Shown one piece after another: positions 1 to 9,073 of a stretch of DNA of 64,000 nt. Under the pieces are notes generated by a model. The model was not told the DNA's origin, ran no database searches, and was given only the letters and a program-made list of their open reading frames with translations. How positions within the stretch are numbered: the first letter of the stretch is position 1; every line of letters begins with the position of its first letter. The position numbers and the translations under genes are program-made. Source of the stretch: Alphaproteobacteria bacterium (GTDB lineage: Bacteria > Pseudomonadota > Alphaproteobacteria > CAAGCB01 > CAG-977); NCBI GenBank assembly GCA_900768185.1, contig CAAGCB010000004.1:102815-166814 (forward strand). The letters are read 5' to 3'.

Positions 1-7
1 TTCATAC

Positions 8-38
8 AAAAAAATCCCCGCAAAACGGGGACTTTTTT
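8..38 (-). terminator. Intrinsic terminator hairpin immediately 3' of tRNA-Ser (bidirectional shape)
   Basis: Stem TCCCCG (15-20) / CGGGGA (26-31) with a 5-nt loop, flanked by an A-run (8-14) and a T-run (33-38). On the minus strand the hairpin is followed by T7, just after the tRNA 3' end at 42. Confidence 0.7.
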
Positions 39-41
39 GTA

Positions 42-133
42 TGGCGGACGGAGGGAGATTCGAACTCACGAACTCCGTAAAGAGTCGCCGGTTTTCAAGA
101 CCGGTGCATTCAACCGCTCTGCCATCCGTCCGC
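42..133 (-). tRNA. tRNA-Ser (anticodon UGA), long variable arm, CCA encoded
   Basis: The reverse complement reads GCGGACG...CCGGT-CTTGAAA-ACCGG...GAGTTCGAATCTC...CGTCCGC-CA. It has a 7-bp acceptor stem, an anticodon loop CT-TGA-AA, a TTCGAAT T-loop and an ACTC/GAGT extra arm. Total length is 92 nt. Confidence 0.9.
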
Positions 134-142
134 GACCAGTGC

Positions 143-171
143 ATTTTGTCCGATTCTTTTGAAAAAATCAA
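143..171 (-). promoter_or_regulatory. Candidate sigma70-type promoter for tRNA-Ser
   Basis: On the minus strand: TTGATT (171-166), a 17-nt spacer, CAAAAT (148-143), then 9 nt to the mature 5' end at 133. Each hexamer matches consensus at 4/6. Confidence 0.3.
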
Positions 172-337
172 GGATTTATAAAAAAGTATAAACATTTTTA
201 AATATATATAAAATTCAATATGTTGCATTTTAAAGTTAAAGCTTTGCATAAGATTATCGGGCTAATCCTCTCTTGAAGAAACGTTGAAAATGTGCCACAA
301 TCCGACAGTTTTGATTTTTTTATCGGGAGATTTTTTT

Positions 338-964
338 ATGACGGAAGAAACACCTAAAACGCCGGAACAACTGAAAGCAGAAGCCGCCGCCAAAGCACAG
401 GAAGTCGGCAAAAAATTGACGGGATTTTTGGGCGGTCTGGCTGAAAAAGCCAAAAATATCGACATGAAGGATTTGACCGAAAAAGCGAAACAAAAAGTCA
501 ATGAAGTCAAAGACAAAGCAAACGAACTTAACGCCGGAAAAGCGGATAAGTCCATACCCGCGCGCGAAACGATTTCCGCCGAAGAAATGAAATCGCTGAT
601 CATCGGCGCGGCGCAAACCCCCGACGAAATCCCGAATGTCGTCCGCGCCGTTCTGGCTGATGTGACGCAGGGCGAACAAGTCGTTTTGAAGATGAAATTC
701 GGAACAGCGGCGGAGCCTGCTTATGTCGCGGTGTCGGCAAAGGCTTTGTACCATTTTGTCAAAGCTTCCGATCAATTTGTCGTTTCCGTTTATCCCGCGG
801 CGGACATCTGCGGATTTTCCCTGTTGCCTCCGCGCGGGGATACGGCGGGACGATTCGTCGTCATGACGCGCGACGGTGAAGTCAAGCTGACGATTGCCAG
901 TCTGGAAACATACGGAAAAACGCTGATTTTATATAAAAAAGTGCGTGAATTGATCGAAAAATAA
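338..964 (+). CDS. Hypothetical protein (Lys/Glu-rich N-terminal half, compact beta-rich C-terminal half)
   Basis: ORF 284-964. I prefer the ATG at 338 (MTEETPK...), which is preceded by GGGAGA 8 nt upstream. I recognise no family motif. Confidence 0.6.
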   Translation: MTEETPKTPEQLKAEAAAKAQEVGKKLTGFLGGLAEKAKNIDMKDLTEKAKQKVNEVKDKANELNAGKADKSIPARETISAEEMKSLIIGAAQTPDEIPNVVRAVLADVTQGEQVVLKMKFGTAAEPAYVAVSAKALYHFVKASDQFVVSVYPAADICGFSLLPPRGDTAGRFVVMTRDGEVKLTIASLETYGKTLILYKKVRELIEK

Positions 965-1057
965 GCTTTTCGGAACAGGCGGGATTAACGAAAAAATAAC
1001 GTCTTTTCGCTACAAAAAAAACAAGGCTTTTTCTGTGGACGCAAAGGGCGGTATTTG

Positions 1058-2704
1058 ATGAAATCGTTGTTGAAATGCGGCATTTTCGGTTGCGCTTTGC
1101 TGTATTCAATCCCGCCGGTCGCGTCAAACAGCGTCGGACAGAGCTTTGACGAATGGGTTGAGGAGTTTCGCCGCGAAGCTGTGGAGGACGGCGTTTCGGC
1201 GCAAATGTTGGATTATGCTTTTCGCGATTTGCAGCCTGTTCCGAAAGTTGTTCAATCCGATCGAAAACAGCCGGAGTTCCGTCGCGACTTTCAAACGTAT
1301 CTGGATAACGCCATCAACGGATCGCGCATCAGGCGAGCGCGGAATTTGTTGGAAAAACACGCGGAATTATTTAAAGAAATCGAAAAAAAATATCATGTTC
1401 CCGCCTATTATCTGGCGTCGTTTTGGGGCATGGAAACCGATTTCGGAAACGCGAAAGGCGATTTTTCGACTTTAAACGCTTTGGCGACTTTGGCGTACGA
1501 TACGCGCCGTCCCGCTTTTTTCAGAACCGAGCTGATGCACGCCGTTCATCTGGTGCAAAACGGCGTCCCCGTTGAAAAAATGCGGGGATCATGGGCGGGG
1601 GCGGGCGGTCATTTTCAGTTCATGCCGTCAACGTTCAGTCATTTTGGAACGGATTACGACAATGACGGTCAAATCGATTTGTGGGATAGTCTGCCCGACG
1701 CTTTGGCGTCCGCGGCGAATTATTTGTCGGCGGAGGGGTGGAAAAACGATGTCGGCTGGGGCAGGGAAGTTCTTTTGCCCAAAAAGTTCGACTGGAATAT
1801 GATTGAGCACCAAAAAACTCTGAAAGAATGGCTGGACGACGGCGTTTCTTTCGCCAACCCCGCCGATGTCAAAGAACCCCTGTCCACAATGGCGAAGCTG
1901 TTTTTGCCGGCGGGAATTCACGGTCCCGCGTTTTTGACATATTCCAATTTTGATGTGATTTTAAAATGGAACAAATCCGTTTTATACGCTATTGCCATCG
2001 GGCATTTGGCGGATAGAATCCAAGCCAAACCGCCTTTTTCGAAAAAATATTTTCAACGCGGGGCGATGTTCACGATGGAAAACGCGCAGGAAGTTCAGGA
2101 ATTGCTGGCGAAAATGGGATTGTACGAAGACGGGATCGACGGTTTTCTGGGGCGCAAAAGCCGCGAAGCCGTGCGAAAGTTTCAGAATTTGTACGGTCTG
2201 CCCGCCGACGGGTACGCCAACGCGTCTTTGTTGCATTTCATGCGGCTGGCGGTCGGGGGCGGGGAAAAACGCAAGGCTTTGACTTTTGATGAAATCACGG
2301 AATTACAGCGGATTTTGACGCAGGGATCGTATTACATAGGTCCCGTTGACGGCAAGCTGGGACGCGCGACGTTGGCGGGGATTGATTTGTTCAAAACGGT
2401 GTACGGCATTGAAGCCGACGGTGTGAACAGAACTTTGCTGGAAAAAATGCGCGTCCAGTTCGCCCGAGGCATGGAAAACGGCGAAATCGATCCGTTGGTC
2501 AAAGAACATATCAAACGGGAAGCCGAACGAAAAAAAGCTTTGGAAAAAGAACGCCGGAAAGCCGAACAGAATCGGCGCAAGCTATTGAAAAAACAAAAGA
2601 AAAATAAGAAAGAGAACAAAGCTGTCAAACACCGCGCCGTCAAAGTCGGAAAAAACGTTTCGAAAAAGACGAAAGTTTCAAAAAAATCGGCTTTGTCGCC
2701 TTGA
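1058..2704 (+). CDS. Lytic murein transglycosylase (MltB/SLT_2-like) with two peptidoglycan-binding repeats and a Lys-rich tail
   Basis: It has a signal peptide. The core is MltB-like (FWGMETDFG, GHFQFMPSTF, DLWDS). There are two PG_binding_1-like repeats (GIDGFLGRKSREAVRKFQ and GPVDGKLGRATLAGIDLFK). The last ~65 aa are about half K/R. Confidence 0.85.
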   Translation: MKSLLKCGIFGCALLYSIPPVASNSVGQSFDEWVEEFRREAVEDGVSAQMLDYAFRDLQPVPKVVQSDRKQPEFRRDFQTYLDNAINGSRIRRARNLLEKHAELFKEIEKKYHVPAYYLASFWGMETDFGNAKGDFSTLNALATLAYDTRRPAFFRTELMHAVHLVQNGVPVEKMRGSWAGAGGHFQFMPSTFSHFGTDYDNDGQIDLWDSLPDALASAANYLSAEGWKNDVGWGREVLLPKKFDWNMIEHQKTLKEWLDDGVSFANPADVKEPLSTMAKLFLPAGIHGPAFLTYSNFDVILKWNKSVLYAIAIGHLADRIQAKPPFSKKYFQRGAMFTMENAQEVQELLAKMGLYEDGIDGFLGRKSREAVRKFQNLYGLPADGYANASLLHFMRLAVGGGEKRKALTFDEITELQRILTQGSYYIGPVDGKLGRATLAGIDLFKTVYGIEADGVNRTLLEKMRVQFARGMENGEIDPLVKEHIKREAERKKALEKERRKAEQNRRKLLKKQKKNKKENKAVKHRAVKVGKNVSKKTKVSKKSALSP

Positions 2705-2753
2705 TTTGAATGCGCGAAATCGTTATTGTTGCGGAATACGAAAGGATAGAAAG

Positions 2754-3878
2754 ATGCATTCGTTTGTAAGATTTCTTTTTTTGACGACGGCTTTGACGCT
2801 TTCGGCGTGCACCGACAACGCGCAAACGTTTTCATCGACCGCCGCGACGGGAAAACAGCCGCAATCCCAATCTTCCGTAAAAGCGACGGGGGGCTACTAT
2901 AAGGTCGGCACGCCCTATCAGGTCGAAGGCATCTGGTATCTGCCCAAAGAAGATTACACTTATAAGGAAATCGGCATCGCGTCTTGGTACGGTCCCGATT
3001 TTCACAACGGCATAACGGCTAACGGCGAATTGTACGACATGCACGGATTAACCGCCGCGCACAGGACGTTGCCGTTGCCCAGCGTCGTCAAAGTGACGAA
3101 CCTGCAAAACGGTCGGTCGCTGGTTTTGCGCGTGAACGACCGCGGACCGTTTAAAAACAACCGGGTGATTGACGTTTCCAAACGCGCCGCCCAGTTGCTG
3201 GGGTTTGAAGCGCAAGGAACAACGCAGGTTCAGGTTGAAATCATGCCCGAAGAAAGCAAAAAGCTGAAAGACGAACTGTTGGCGATGTCCGGAAAAACGG
3301 TCGCGAAAGCTTCGGTCGCCGATTTGAACGCAAACGAATACAGCGCCCAACCCATTGAAAAGCCGCAAAGTTTGGGCGGTATTGCGGATTACGACAGTAA
3401 CGCCGGATATGGCGCGCCGCTGATTGCGGCGACAGCCCCCGTTAAGGAAAGTCCTTATAATGACTGGAATTCCGATATGTCGCAGGCTAAGGCGCAAAAA
3501 AGCGCCAATGAAACGCCCAAGTCTGTTCCGGCGCCGAAGCCGGTCGTGAAAACGCCTCCTCCCGTTCCGGCGGTTAAAAAGGTACAGCCTGTTGTAGAAA
3601 AAACGGCGGCGCCCGGATATTACGTTCAGCTGGGCGCGTTCGGCAGTTTGGAAAACGCCGAAAAAACGCGCGCCAAAGCGGAGAGATTCGGACGCGCTTC
3701 GATTCTGCCCGTGACGGTTAATGCCAAAACGCTTTATCGCGTCCGTTTGGGACCCGATAACGCAAAAAAAGCTTTGGAAAACATGGATAAAGTGACTAAC
3801 AACGGTTTCCCTGACGCCCGATTGGTTGAGGAAAAAAGCTCTGTTTCCGTCGGTCGCCGTTTGGACAACGCGTTTTAA
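2754..3878 (+). CDS. rlpA: Septal ring lytic transglycosylase RlpA (DPBB domain + C-terminal SPOR domain), lipoprotein
   Basis: ATG at 2754 behind AAGGA. Lipobox LTLSAC. DPBB core: GIASWYGPDFHNGITANGELYD...VKVTNLQNGRSLVLRVNDRGPF. SPOR-like C-terminus: YYVQLGAFGSLENAEK...LYRVRLGP. Confidence 0.9.
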   Translation: MHSFVRFLFLTTALTLSACTDNAQTFSSTAATGKQPQSQSSVKATGGYYKVGTPYQVEGIWYLPKEDYTYKEIGIASWYGPDFHNGITANGELYDMHGLTAAHRTLPLPSVVKVTNLQNGRSLVLRVNDRGPFKNNRVIDVSKRAAQLLGFEAQGTTQVQVEIMPEESKKLKDELLAMSGKTVAKASVADLNANEYSAQPIEKPQSLGGIADYDSNAGYGAPLIAATAPVKESPYNDWNSDMSQAKAQKSANETPKSVPAPKPVVKTPPPVPAVKKVQPVVEKTAAPGYYVQLGAFGSLENAEKTRAKAERFGRASILPVTVNAKTLYRVRLGPDNAKKALENMDKVTNNGFPDARLVEEKSSVSVGRRLDNAF

Positions 3879-3891
3879 AGGTCTGAAAAAG

Positions 3892-5052
3892 ATGAAAAAG
3901 TATAAATCCCTGCTGTTAATGACGGCTTTTGCCGCCGTTCTTTCCCCGTTTTCCGCAAACGCCATTGAAACAAGGGCGAAAAACGCCGCTTTGATGGATT
4001 ATGAAACGGGAACGTTTTTTTACGAAAAAAACGCTGATGAAAGAATGGCGCCCGCGTCGATGAGCAAGCTGATGACAGCCTACATGATTTTCGAACGCCT
4101 GAAAAACGGCGCGCTGTCTTTGGACGACGAATTCGTCGTCAGCGTCAACGCTTGGCGCAAAGGCGGGGCGAAAACAGGCAGTTCGACCATGTTTTTAAAA
4201 AGCGGCAGCAGCGTAAAACTGGGGGATTTGTTACGCGGCATCATTGTTCAATCCGGAAACGACGCGTGTATCACGGCGGCGGAAAACATCGCCGGATCGG
4301 AACAGGATTTTGCCGAAATCGCCAATCAAAAGGCGCAGGAATTGGGGCTGACCAACACGCACATGGCGAACGCGACGGGCTGGCCTAATCCCGAACACTA
4401 TATGTCGCCGCGCGATTTAGCGACTTTGGCCGCGCGCATTATTCGCGAATTTCCGGAATATTACAGTATTTATTCCGAAAAAGAATTCACCTATAACGGC
4501 ATCAAACAGGGCAACAGAAATCCGTTGCTGTTTTCCATGCCCGACATCGCCGACGGTATGAAAACGGGACACACCAGCTCTTCCGGATACGGTCTGGTCG
4601 GATCGGCGAAGAAAAACGGTCGCCGCATCATTATGGTGATCAACGGACTGAAAACTCAGCGAGAACGCAGCGAGGAAGCTAAAAAGCTTATGCTGTGGGG
4701 GTTCAGGGATTTTGACAACTATTCGATTTTGAAAAAAGGCGTCGCTGTGGTCGGCATTCCCGTTTGGCTGGGCAGCTCGCGGAAAGTTTCCGCCGTTCCC
4801 GCCGAAAACGTCGTCTTGACTTTGCCGAAAGGCAAGCAGAAAAACGTCAAAGCGCGCGTTGTCTACGAATCCCCCGTCAGCGCGCCCGTTAAAAAAGGAC
4901 AAAAAATCGCGGAACTGACGTTGGAAATTCCCGATCGCGACGAAATGAAAATCGATCTGTTCGCTAAAAACGACGTGAAGCGTTTGGGGTATTTCGGACG
5001 GTTGAAGGAATTGATTAAATACCTTTTGTTTCAAAGTTTCAGTCGGGGATAA
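3892..5052 (+). CDS. D-alanyl-D-alanine carboxypeptidase (PBP5/6 family serine peptidase)
   Basis: ATG at 3892 (MKKYKSLLL signal peptide). SxxK motif (ASMSKLMT), SxN motif (QSGND) and KTG motif (MKTGHTS) are all present. Confidence 0.9.
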   Translation: MKKYKSLLLMTAFAAVLSPFSANAIETRAKNAALMDYETGTFFYEKNADERMAPASMSKLMTAYMIFERLKNGALSLDDEFVVSVNAWRKGGAKTGSSTMFLKSGSSVKLGDLLRGIIVQSGNDACITAAENIAGSEQDFAEIANQKAQELGLTNTHMANATGWPNPEHYMSPRDLATLAARIIREFPEYYSIYSEKEFTYNGIKQGNRNPLLFSMPDIADGMKTGHTSSSGYGLVGSAKKNGRRIIMVINGLKTQRERSEEAKKLMLWGFRDFDNYSILKKGVAVVGIPVWLGSSRKVSAVPAENVVLTLPKGKQKNVKARVVYESPVSAPVKKGQKIAELTLEIPDRDEMKIDLFAKNDVKRLGYFGRLKELIKYLLFQSFSRG

Positions 5053-5057
5053 GTCCG

Positions 5058-5699
5058 GTGTCGAATTGTTTTTTCATCACGTTTGAAGGCGGCGAGGGGA
5101 CGGGAAAGTCAACCCAAGCCAAATTACTGGCTGATTTTTTGGAACAGCGCGGCTGTCCGTGCGTTTTGACGCGCGAACCCGGCGGGGCGCCGGGGGCGGA
5201 GGAAATCCGCAATCTGGTCGTCAAGGGCGATGTCGGACGCTGGGACGTGATGACGGAAGCTTTGCTGATGTTTGCGGCGCGGCGCGACCATCTGGTCAAA
5301 ACGATTTTACCGGCGATGAATCAAGGAAAAACCGTTATTTGCGACCGTTTTTCGGATTCAACGACCGCCTATCAGGGCTTTGGGTATGCCGATCGCGGTC
5401 TGGGACGCGAAGTCATTGACGAAATTTATAAAATTGTCGTCGGTGATTTCAAACCGAACCTGACGATTATTTTAGACATGCCTGTTGAACATGGTGTTGA
5501 ACGCGCTTTGAAACGCGATGCGAACGCCAACCGGTATGAAAAAATGGGGCTGGATTTCCACCGCAATTTGCGCCAGGCTTTTTTAGAAATCGCAAAACGG
5601 GAACCGGAACGGTGCGCCGTCGTTGACGCAACGGGATCGGTGGAGCAAATTCACGCCGCCGTCGTCGATTTGGTAACAAAGCGTCTGCTGAAAGGTTGA
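5058..5699 (+). CDS. tmk: Thymidylate kinase
   Basis: P-loop FITFEGGEGTGKSTQ and the DRF/DS motif (CDRFSDST). Length is 213 aa. The start codon is GTG. Confidence 0.92.
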   Translation: MSNCFFITFEGGEGTGKSTQAKLLADFLEQRGCPCVLTREPGGAPGAEEIRNLVVKGDVGRWDVMTEALLMFAARRDHLVKTILPAMNQGKTVICDRFSDSTTAYQGFGYADRGLGREVIDEIYKIVVGDFKPNLTIILDMPVEHGVERALKRDANANRYEKMGLDFHRNLRQAFLEIAKREPERCAVVDATGSVEQIHAAVVDLVTKRLLKG

Positions 5700-5702
5700 G
5701 GC

Positions 5703-6836
5703 ATGGATTCCGACGCCCGACTGCCCGAAGAACAATCCTCTCTGTTCGGATTTGACGCCGCTCAAAGCTTGTTGTTGGATTTGTGGAATCGCGGAACTTT
5801 GGCGGGGGCGTGGCTGTTTTGCGGTTTAAAGGGAATCGGCAAGGCGACCTTGGCATATCGACTGGCGCGTTTTGTGCTGGCTCAGCCCGACAATAATGAC
5901 GGCGGATTGTTCGGCGCGCCCGAACCGCCCGAAAGTTTGGATATTTCCGAAAGCAACCCTGTTTTCGGAACAATCGCCCAAAGGACGAATCCCGGGCTGA
6001 AAGTCGTTGAATTCGCTCTGAAAGACGACGAAGTCAAAGACCGTCAAGCGTTGATCGACGCAGGAAAACCGCTGGATCCCGAAATTGAAAATAAACGCAA
6101 GCGTTATGACGAAATTCGTGTGACGGATATTCGCGACGCCGAAAATTTTCTGCATCTGACGGCGGGAGCGAACGGCTGGCGTGTGATGATTATTGATGCG
6201 GCGGACGATATGAATATCAACGCGGAAAACGCTTTGTTGAAATCATTGGAAGAACCGCCCGCGAAAACACTGATTATTTTGATCAGCCACGTTCCCGGAA
6301 AATTATTGCCGACGATCCGTTCCAGATGCCGGAAATTGTTGTTGAAACCGTTGCCCGACGAAATTTTGACAAATCTTCTGAAAACAAAAATCAATGACTT
6401 GGACGCCGATGAATTGATTGCGCTGACGCGATTGGCGCAGGGCAGTTTGGGGCGGGCTTTATCTCTGCATGATGCGAACGGCGTAAAGATTTTCCGTCAA
6501 ATGCTGACTTTGTTTGATGATTTTCCGTTGTATTCCGTTTCAAAACTATATGATTTGGTTGAAAAAGCGTTGAAAGACAAAAACACGCTGAAGATGGCGC
6601 AAACTTTGTTGTTGCAATGGCTGACAAAAGTGTGCGTCTGTGGCGGGAAAGGGGAAGACGACGCGGAAATCTTTGCGGGCGAAATCGCTTTGCGCGAACG
6701 GGTGCGGCAACATATTCCCGTTTTACGGCTGATGGATTTGATTAACGAAATCAGCCGCGGATTTGCGGATATCGATTTGGATCAAAAGCAGGTTTTCGTG
6801 AATGCTTTTTCAAAATTGCAGCAAGGGGCAAAGTGA
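5703..6836 (+). CDS. holB: DNA polymerase III subunit delta'
   Basis: Clamp-loader AAA+ core: GLKGIGKATLAYRLARF, a Walker B-like IIDAADDMN and sensor TIRSRCRKL. It sits directly after tmk, as in many bacteria. Confidence 0.88.
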   Translation: MDSDARLPEEQSSLFGFDAAQSLLLDLWNRGTLAGAWLFCGLKGIGKATLAYRLARFVLAQPDNNDGGLFGAPEPPESLDISESNPVFGTIAQRTNPGLKVVEFALKDDEVKDRQALIDAGKPLDPEIENKRKRYDEIRVTDIRDAENFLHLTAGANGWRVMIIDAADDMNINAENALLKSLEEPPAKTLIILISHVPGKLLPTIRSRCRKLLLKPLPDEILTNLLKTKINDLDADELIALTRLAQGSLGRALSLHDANGVKIFRQMLTLFDDFPLYSVSKLYDLVEKALKDKNTLKMAQTLLLQWLTKVCVCGGKGEDDAEIFAGEIALRERVRQHIPVLRLMDLINEISRGFADIDLDQKQVFVNAFSKLQQGAK

Positions 6837-7618
6837 TGTTTTTCGCGGACAGCCACTGCCATTTGAATTATCCGGACTATTCCGAAACGGAACGGATCGA
6901 GATTGTCGAACGTGCCGAACAGTTGGGAATACAAAGATTTTTGACTGTTTCAACAAAAATGGACGATGTGCCGGAACTGATTGAAATGACGCGCAAAAAT
7001 CCGCACATTTTCGCTTCCGTCGGCGTCCACCCCGAATATGCGGCTGAACAGGGGGAGGGGGTTTCCGTTGAACAGATTTGCAAAGCGGCGCAAGATGCAA
7101 AAGTCGTTGCCATCGGAGAAGCGGGATTGGATTACCATTACGGTGCCGCCGAAACCCGCGCGGCGCAAAAATCGCTGTTTCGCAAACATTTGCAGGCGGC
7201 GAAACTGACCGGATTGCCGATTATCGTTCATACGCGTGAAGCCGAAGACGACACGATCGATCTGTTGCGTGAAGAACAGGACGGTACTTTGCGGGGCGTT
7301 TTGCATTGTTTTTCATCGCAGGGCAGGTTGGCGGAATTCGGATTGGATATCGGATTTTACATTTCCGCATCAGGCATCATCACATTTAAATCGGCGCAGT
7401 CTTTACGCGACACGTTTGAAAAAATTCCGATGGATCGTCTGTTGGTTGAAACAGATGCTCCGTATTTGGCGCCCGTTCCGTTTCGAGGACGGAAAAACGA
7501 GCCGTCTTATCTGATTAAAACGGCGGAAATGCTGGCGCAAATCAAAGGAACCGACCTGGATTTCCTGCGTCAAAAAACGACGGAAAACTTTTTCAGATTG
7601 TTTTCAAAGGCGTACTGA
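6836..7618 (+). CDS. tatD: TatD family metal-dependent hydrolase
   Basis: Motifs DSHCHL, GEAGLDYHY, VHTREA and ETDAPYL. The ATG overlaps the holB TGA (ATGA-type junction at 6834-6838). Confidence 0.9.
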   Translation: MFFADSHCHLNYPDYSETERIEIVERAEQLGIQRFLTVSTKMDDVPELIEMTRKNPHIFASVGVHPEYAAEQGEGVSVEQICKAAQDAKVVAIGEAGLDYHYGAAETRAAQKSLFRKHLQAAKLTGLPIIVHTREAEDDTIDLLREEQDGTLRGVLHCFSSQGRLAEFGLDIGFYISASGIITFKSAQSLRDTFEKIPMDRLLVETDAPYLAPVPFRGRKNEPSYLIKTAEMLAQIKGTDLDFLRQKTTENFFRLFSKAY

Positions 7619-7619
7619 A

Positions 7620-8396
7620 ATGAAATTTCGAATTTTAGGTTGCGGATCGGCGGGCGGCGTTCCGATGATTTCAAAAGGGTGGGGAAAATGCGATCCGAAT
7701 AATCCGAAAAACCGTCGTTTAAGAACATCGCTGTTGTTGCAACATCATGATATGAATGTGTTATTTGACAGCGGTCCCGATTTGCGCGAACAATTATTGG
7801 CGGCTCAGATTAAATCGCTGGACGCCGTTTTATACACGCATGAACACGCCGATCACACGCACGGGATTGACGATTTGCGCGAAATTAACCGCGCCATGAT
7901 GAAAAGCGTTCCCGTCTACGCGAACTTTACGACGTTGAATTTGTTAAAAGAACGCTTCGGATACGTTTTTCGACCTGTAAATATCGATAAGGAACCGTTT
8001 TATCATCCGTGGCTGGAGCCGAACTTGGTTGTTCCCGGAGAATCTTTTTATATCAAAGATTTAAAAATCATTCCGTTTTCGCAGGATCATGAATGGACAA
8101 CCAGTTTGGGCTTCAGAATCGGAAATTTCGGGTATTCGACCGATGTCGTGCATTTGTATGAATCGGCTCTGTCTGTTTTAAAGGGGATTGACACTTGGGT
8201 CGTCGGGTGTCTGTCCGAAAAAGATCATCCGAGCCATGCGTCAATTCGGCAAGTTTTGGAATGGGTGGATATTATCCGACCGCGGCGAACGATTTTGACA
8301 CACATGTCCATCGGTTTGGATTATGACACGTTGCGCCGAAAGTTGCCCGACGGCATAGAACCGGGATATGACGGATTGGAATTTGAAGTCGCATAA
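7620..8396 (+). CDS. MBL-fold metallo-hydrolase (PhnP/GPP-like)
   Basis: HxHxDH motif (YTHEHADHTHG) plus downstream His/Asp ligands. It is the last gene of the + strand run. Confidence 0.85.
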   Translation: MKFRILGCGSAGGVPMISKGWGKCDPNNPKNRRLRTSLLLQHHDMNVLFDSGPDLREQLLAAQIKSLDAVLYTHEHADHTHGIDDLREINRAMMKSVPVYANFTTLNLLKERFGYVFRPVNIDKEPFYHPWLEPNLVVPGESFYIKDLKIIPFSQDHEWTTSLGFRIGNFGYSTDVVHLYESALSVLKGIDTWVVGCLSEKDHPSHASIRQVLEWVDIIRPRRTILTHMSIGLDYDTLRRKLPDGIEPGYDGLEFEVA

Positions 8397-8406
8397 ATTT
8401 TTACAG

Positions 8407-8442
8407 ACTCCGGCATCAAAAAAGAAGCCGGAGTTTTCTTTT
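8407..8442 (+). terminator. Intrinsic terminator after the MBL hydrolase gene
   Basis: Stem ACTCCGGC (8407-8414) / GCCGGAGT (8427-8434), followed by TTTCTTTT. Confidence 0.6.
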
Positions 8443-8503
8443 AAAGGCAGTTTTTTACAACTCTTTGAAAAAGAATGATTTTCCCAAAACGAATAACATT
8501 TTG

Positions 8504-8514
8504 TTATCCCTCTG
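8504..8514 (+). repeat. 11-nt exact repeat TTATCCCTCTG, copy 1 (left of dif)
   Basis: Identical to 8622-8632. The two copies bracket the dif site. Confidence 0.8.
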
Positions 8515-8528
8515 TCGCCTTACCCGTA

Positions 8529-8556
8529 TTTTAACATAATAAACATTATGCGACAA
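8529..8556 (-). other. dif, the XerC/XerD chromosome dimer resolution site
   Basis: The minus strand reads TTGTCGCATAA-TGTTTA-TTATGTTAAAA. This matches E. coli dif (GGTGCGCATAA-TGTATA-TTATGTTAAAT) at 22/28, with the XerD arm at 10/11. It lies in a convergent intergenic gap, and GGGNAGGG motifs are polar toward it. Confidence 0.8.
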
Positions 8557-8621
8557 TAGCATATAAATAAACAGTGCTGTTTCAGCGGCTATCTGCATGA
8601 TATAAAACGGTTTTCAAAAGT

Positions 8622-8632
8622 TTATCCCTCTG
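8622..8632 (+). repeat. 11-nt exact repeat TTATCCCTCTG, copy 2 (right of dif)
   Basis: Identical to 8504-8514. A related GTTATCCGAC lies at 8659-8668. Confidence 0.8.
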
Positions 8633-9028
8633 AAATCCGAACAGGTTTTTCAAGAGGTGTTATCCGACTTATGCCGATTTTGTGATTAACGGCTTTATGC
8701 GTTTCAAGAATCCTTTATTTTCAATCAGATGCGCCGTGATATTTTGATTAGAGAGATGCGAACGATTCCGGGCGAGCCGACTGTAAAAAAGTGTCGTCTG
8801 TAACGGCAAGGCGTTTAAACGGAAAGAAATCGGATCCGGAAAGAAAATGTATTTGCCTCCCCGCTTTGCCTTTTGCACAAAAATTTACCCGCGGGTTCTC
8901 TCTGCCCGACCAACGCGACGCGATGCGCGAATGAATTTCTATCGCTTGGTGGCTCCCTGTTCAACGGATATTTCCCTTTGACTTTGATTGCAAATCGCTC
9001 CCCGCCCCCGCCTTCCGGTTTCATATCA

Positions 9029-9073
9029 GCCGTTTGTCCCAAGCTTTCGGACACCGCATGCCGGCTTTTTTTT
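9029..9073 (+). terminator. Candidate + strand terminator with no assigned gene
   Basis: Interrupted hairpin GCCG(9029-32)..GTCC(9036-39)/GGAC(9049-52)..CGGC(9062-65), followed by T8 (9066-9073). The upstream gene already has its own terminator at 8407-8442. Confidence 0.35.
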
